Assembly: GCA_002788135.1 (NCBI GenBank)
Contig: PFQT01000053.1
Span: 1-39,862, forward strand
Length of the DNA: 39,862 bases
Reading direction: 5' to 3'
DNA from: Candidatus Yonathbacteria bacterium CG_4_8_14_3_um_filter_46_25
GTDB taxonomy: Bacteria > Patescibacteriota > Minisyncoccia > Phycocordibacterales > UBA1539
The translations under genes and the position numbers were made by a program. The notes under the pieces are model-generated. The model searched no databases. It was not told where the DNA came from and saw only the letters and a program-made list of their open reading frames with translations. Below are positions 36,325-39,862 of the stretch, piece after piece. Numbering within the stretch: position 1 is the stretch's first letter; the number at the start of each line of letters is the position of its first letter.

Positions 36325-38268
36325 ATGATTGATAATGACGCGCATTTTATCGGAACCATCAGGATCACCGCGCGTGGAGACGGATATGTTTCCCCTACCG
36401 GCAGAAGGGACGACAGCGTCAAAATAGACCACGTTGATCTCAATACCGCACTCCACGGCGACACGGTTAACGTATTCCGACATCCGAAAAAAACTGGGGG
36501 AGAAGAGCGTGGGGAAGTGATTGAGGTTATGAGGCGGACAAAAGATGTTTTTGCCGGCGTGTTGGAAAAAAATAACGGCTCGTATTTTTTCGTGCCTGAC
36601 GATCAGAAGATGTACATTGACATTCTCATCCCGGAGCAATCTCTTGCGGGAGCACGAAACAAAGAGAAGGTGGTCGTGCGCATCGCCAAATGGAACGACC
36701 CGAAAAAAAATCCGGAAGGAGAAGTAATCAAGGTGCTGGGGAAACCGGAAGATAACAACGTCGAAATGGAGTCAATCGTCTACGATAAAGGGTTTTTAAT
36801 CGAATTCTCAAACAAAGTGGAACGAGAAGCGCTCAAGATACAAGCTTCCGCGCGGCGCGATATCGAAGAGGAAGCGCCGAAGCGAAAAGACATGCGGGGT
36901 GTCACGACGTTCACCATCGACCCAGCAACGGCAAAAGATTTCGATGACGCTATCTCGTTCCGTGAATTGCCGAATGGGAATATCGAGGCGGGAGTGCATA
37001 TCGCTGATGTTACCCACTATGTACGGCCCGGATCGATAATCGAAGATGAGGCGCGGAAACGCGCAACATCAATCTATCTTGTCGATCGGACGATCCCCAT
37101 GCTTCCCGAAGAACTCTCAAACGACATCTGCAGTCTGAAGCCGAACGAAGATCGGCTGGCATTCTCGGCGATATTTACATTCAAAAAAGATTCCCTCGCG
37201 CCCGGCGCAAATCCCGAAATCATCGATCAATGGATTGGCGAAACGATCATCAATTCAGACAAACGTTTTTCCTACGAGGAGGCGCAGGGTGTTTTGGATG
37301 GAAAAGACGGGCCGTTTCGTCATGAACTCAAGACCCTTAATGTGTTGGCAAAAAACTTGCGTGCTGAGCGCATCCGTGCCGGAGCGATCATGATTGAACA
37401 AGACGAGATAACATTTTCGCTCGATGACCGAGGAAAACCCGAGAGTGTGGCAATTAAGGTTCATGGCGACACGAATGAGCTCATTGAGGAGTTGATGCTC
37501 CTTGCCAATCGCGCGGTTGCTGAAGCAATGACTGGCACGCCGGAGACCAAAAAGCGTACATTCATTTTTCGCATACACCCGAAACCCGAAAGCGACCGAA
37601 TCGCCGAACTTGCGGAATTTCTCGGAACGCTCGGATACTCGCTCAAGCCGGGACTCACGAACCTCTCCCATGGCCTCAACACCATCCTCAAGCAATCGGT
37701 GGGTACCGAGGTCGAGCATATCGTCCATACCGTTACCATCCGTTCATTGCAAAAGGCGGTGTATTCAACACAAAATGTCGGGCACTTCGGACTCGCGTTC
37801 AAATATTACACCCATTTCACCTCCCCTATCAGGCGCTACCCGGACATGATGACGCACCGGCTCGTAAAAACATATCTTGCGGGAAAAACGGTGCCGCCTA
37901 ATGAAGCGGAATGCTATGACAGCGACGCGCGGCACTCAAGCGAGATGGAACAACGCGCCGCGGAAGCCGAGCGCGATTCGATCAAGTACAAACAGATCGA
38001 GTTCATGATTGAGCGTGGCGGAGAAACATACGAGGGGATCATTTCCGGCGTAACTGATTGGGGTATCTATGTCGAAGAAAAAACAACCAAAGCAGAGGGA
38101 CTTATTCGTCTGCGCGACATCGGCAACGATTATTACGTCCTTGATAAAAAGAATCACGCCATCGTCGGAGAGAAGCGCGGGAAGCGATATCGTCTCGGAG
38201 ATACGGTAAAAGTCAGAATAAAAGACGCAAACTTGGAACGTCGAACGGTAGATTATCTACTAGTGTAG
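36325..38268 (+). CDS. rnr: Ribonuclease R (RNB family)
   Basis: TIDPATAKDFDDAIS, HFTSPIRRYPD, cold-shock domains and C-terminal S1. Confidence 0.95.
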   Translation: MIDNDAHFIGTIRITARGDGYVSPTGRRDDSVKIDHVDLNTALHGDTVNVFRHPKKTGGEERGEVIEVMRRTKDVFAGVLEKNNGSYFFVPDDQKMYIDILIPEQSLAGARNKEKVVVRIAKWNDPKKNPEGEVIKVLGKPEDNNVEMESIVYDKGFLIEFSNKVEREALKIQASARRDIEEEAPKRKDMRGVTTFTIDPATAKDFDDAISFRELPNGNIEAGVHIADVTHYVRPGSIIEDEARKRATSIYLVDRTIPMLPEELSNDICSLKPNEDRLAFSAIFTFKKDSLAPGANPEIIDQWIGETIINSDKRFSYEEAQGVLDGKDGPFRHELKTLNVLAKNLRAERIRAGAIMIEQDEITFSLDDRGKPESVAIKVHGDTNELIEELMLLANRAVAEAMTGTPETKKRTFIFRIHPKPESDRIAELAEFLGTLGYSLKPGLTNLSHGLNTILKQSVGTEVEHIVHTVTIRSLQKAVYSTQNVGHFGLAFKYYTHFTSPIRRYPDMMTHRLVKTYLAGKTVPPNEAECYDSDARHSSEMEQRAAEAERDSIKYKQIEFMIERGGETYEGIISGVTDWGIYVEEKTTKAEGLIRLRDIGNDYYVLDKKNHAIVGEKRGKRYRLGDTVKVRIKDANLERRTVDYLLV

Positions 38269-38301
38269 TTAGTTTAGGATATTGAAAAGTTCATGAATTA
38301 C

Positions 38302-38330
38302 CCCACTTGGGAGTCCGACTCCCAAGTGGG
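38302..38330. repeat. Perfect 29-bp palindrome, same 25-bp core in the opposite orientation (central C)
   Basis: CCCACTTGGGAGTC-C-GACTCCCAAGTGGG. Confidence 0.92.
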
Positions 38331-38451
38331 TGGAGTTTTGGTACTATATTGAAATTTCACCATACTGTATTACGATGCCCCTCTACACGAAATAACCACG
38401 TCCCTGAGTTCCAGAATTAATTACAACGCTTGTTTAGTAAAATAGACAAGT

Positions 38452-38592
38452 ATGAAATATGTAAATAATCGAAAACATAAAGATGGTAATCCTTTCTCGC
38501 TTTGCGAAAGGAGTATTATCGAAGTAAGATGGTGCCGAAATTTTAAAAACATAACCGAGATGACCAAAAAGTTACTAACCTTTTCCACATAG
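38452..38592 (+). pseudogene. Possible N-terminal HTH fragment of an IS30-like transposase
   Basis: MKYVNNRKHKDGNPFSLCERSIIEVRWCRNFKNITEM resembles the IS30 'LS..ER..I' start; truncated. Confidence 0.4.
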
Positions 38593-38601
38593 GTTATATT
38601 A

Positions 38602-39506
38602 GACCAACTGCTCAATAATATTCCAACCAGTCAACTTAAAATATCGGCATTGTTTCTCTGGTTATGTTTCAGATTATAAAGTCCAGCCACAATTACAAAT
38701 TTTGCGTTATAGGTTTTGAGAGCATTTCTAAATCTGTGAGATAATATTCTCCACTGTTTGAGCGAAGTAAAAACATGTTCAACCACAATACGTATATGGC
38801 TGTGTTTTTTGTTGTGTACCTGCTCTTTCTTGGTAAGTAGCTGATACTTTAAAGCATTGTACGGAAGATGCAGATTAGTGCCCAAATATCCCATTTCAAT
38901 TTTACCTCTGCTTGATCATACAAATTTTTGTCATGAAAATTTCCTGACATTGATTTTGACACATACTTGATTCGTCCTTTAATATCAACCACTACTTATG
39001 TTTTAACGGTTTGTTTCTTTTTCTTTCCGGAATATCCCGAACCGGATCGTCTTTCTGTTTCCTGTTCAGTGGCATCAATAAAAAATTGTATTTCTTCTTT
39101 GGTAAGATGTATTTTTTCAATCGTAATTTTCTTCATTTTTCGGTAGAGTATCGGTTCCAGTTTTTTGAAATACCGGCAGACCCGTGAATCATCAATATGA
39201 AAAAAACTCTGCCAACATCATATGACTCATATATGTGCGAGTATACAAAAAATACATAGCAACCATCTGTTCAAATGATGGTTTGTATTGAATGCCTCTA
39301 CCCACCGCCCTTTTTCTTGGGTAGGCTGATTTTCTTTTGTGTTCTGCTTCTTGCCACAATAGTTCAAGTTCTTTGATTAAATCGTTAAACTGCTTCGGTG
39401 AAATACCAAAAAAATGACCAAAGACCTTTGGTCTTTGGGAGAGTTTGCGTATATTCATACCCTGTATTATGTATTATACTACAATATATTAGTTAAGCAG
39501 TGGGTC
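38602..39506 (-). mobile_element. IS5-family (ISL2-like, DDE_Tnp_4) insertion sequence, ~905 bp, degenerate
   Basis: Imperfect TIRs GACC(A/C)ACTGCT(C/T)AA flanked by TA on both sides; contains a fragmented transposase. Confidence 0.75.
38631..39458 (-). pseudogene. Fragmented DDE_Tnp_4 transposase
   Basis: Pieces in different frames: FFGISPKQF.., FIDATEQ, YSGKKKKQTVKT*, GYLG, RIVVEHVFTSLKQWRILSHRFR. Confidence 0.8.
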
Positions 39507-39569
39507 TAATATATGTTCATGAGATAAAGGGTGTATGATCATCTCATCACCGGAACGCGACCGCAAGAA

Positions 39570-39790
39570 GCTGGATCGCCGCCAACATCTCATGGCTCCG
39601 CACGGCGCGCTTCCTCGGTTACGCTCCTGGATTGAACCCGATTAAGTATCTGTGGTCGACGACATCTCGGCAATCTTTCCGATCTCTCCGTAATCGGTAC
39701 GGCGTTGCGTTCCTATCGAAGAAAGGTCGGGAACCTCGACCTTCTCGGCGGGTTCCTGTGAGCGAACGGACTCTTTATATAACATCTGTG
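39570..39790 (+). pseudogene. Remnant of an IS630-family transposase C-terminus
   Basis: 39611-39658 translates FLGYAPGLNPIKYLWS, matching the IS630 P.Y(S/A)P.LNPIE..W motif with the catalytic E lost; left boundary approximate. Confidence 0.55.
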
Positions 39791-39854
39791 GCAAAGTACA
39801 TCACTTGGGAGTCGGACTCCCAAGTGATGTACTTTGCCACAGATGTTATATAAA
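39774..39854. repeat. Perfect 81-bp palindrome (40-bp arms) with the same 25-bp core
   Basis: TTTATATAACATCTGTGGCAAAGTACATCACTTGGGAGTC-G-GACTCCCAAGTGATGTACTTTGCCACAGATGTTATATAAA. Confidence 0.92.
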
Positions 39855-39862
39855 TACTTCTG

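Noticed and set aside
21770-39854. Palindrome copies as a CRISPR array
   Set aside because: Copies are kilobases apart with no regular spacers and no cas genes.

Overview
A 39.9 kb bacterial chromosomal segment, mostly housekeeping genes. The compact gene set, GAD-less AspRS, missing rimM, pilin and repeat style suggest a Patescibacteria/CPR (Parcubacteria-like) genome; this is inference, not measured. Gene order: ahpC, miaA, tRNA-Trp, rpmG (absent from the ORF track), alr, an AT-rich aspS + XRE-HTH block, an accessory island of SD-led secreted/membrane proteins (about 6.3-11.1 kb), a MacAB-like ABC exporter + DsbA, a broken GspG-like pilin, sufB-sufS-sufU-sufC-sufT-engB-hyp-bcp, a co-oriented rpoB-rpoC-dnaG-rpoD run, rpsP-khpA-trmD, small membrane proteins, a divergent ClpP, rnr and a cluster of dead IS elements at the right end. 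The most unusual signals are non-coding. (1) Four perfect odd-length palindromes are centred on GTC-S-GAC; three share a 25-bp core and their symmetry extends into locus-specific flanks (arms up to 40 bp). (2) A promoter-to-terminator ~168-nt candidate sRNA has anti-Shine-Dalgarno-like loops, and a motif-sharing relative lies on the other side of the aspS block. (3) A multi-hairpin element ends in a copy of the tRNA-Trp 3' end. All calls come from motif reading; no database searches or folding programs were run.
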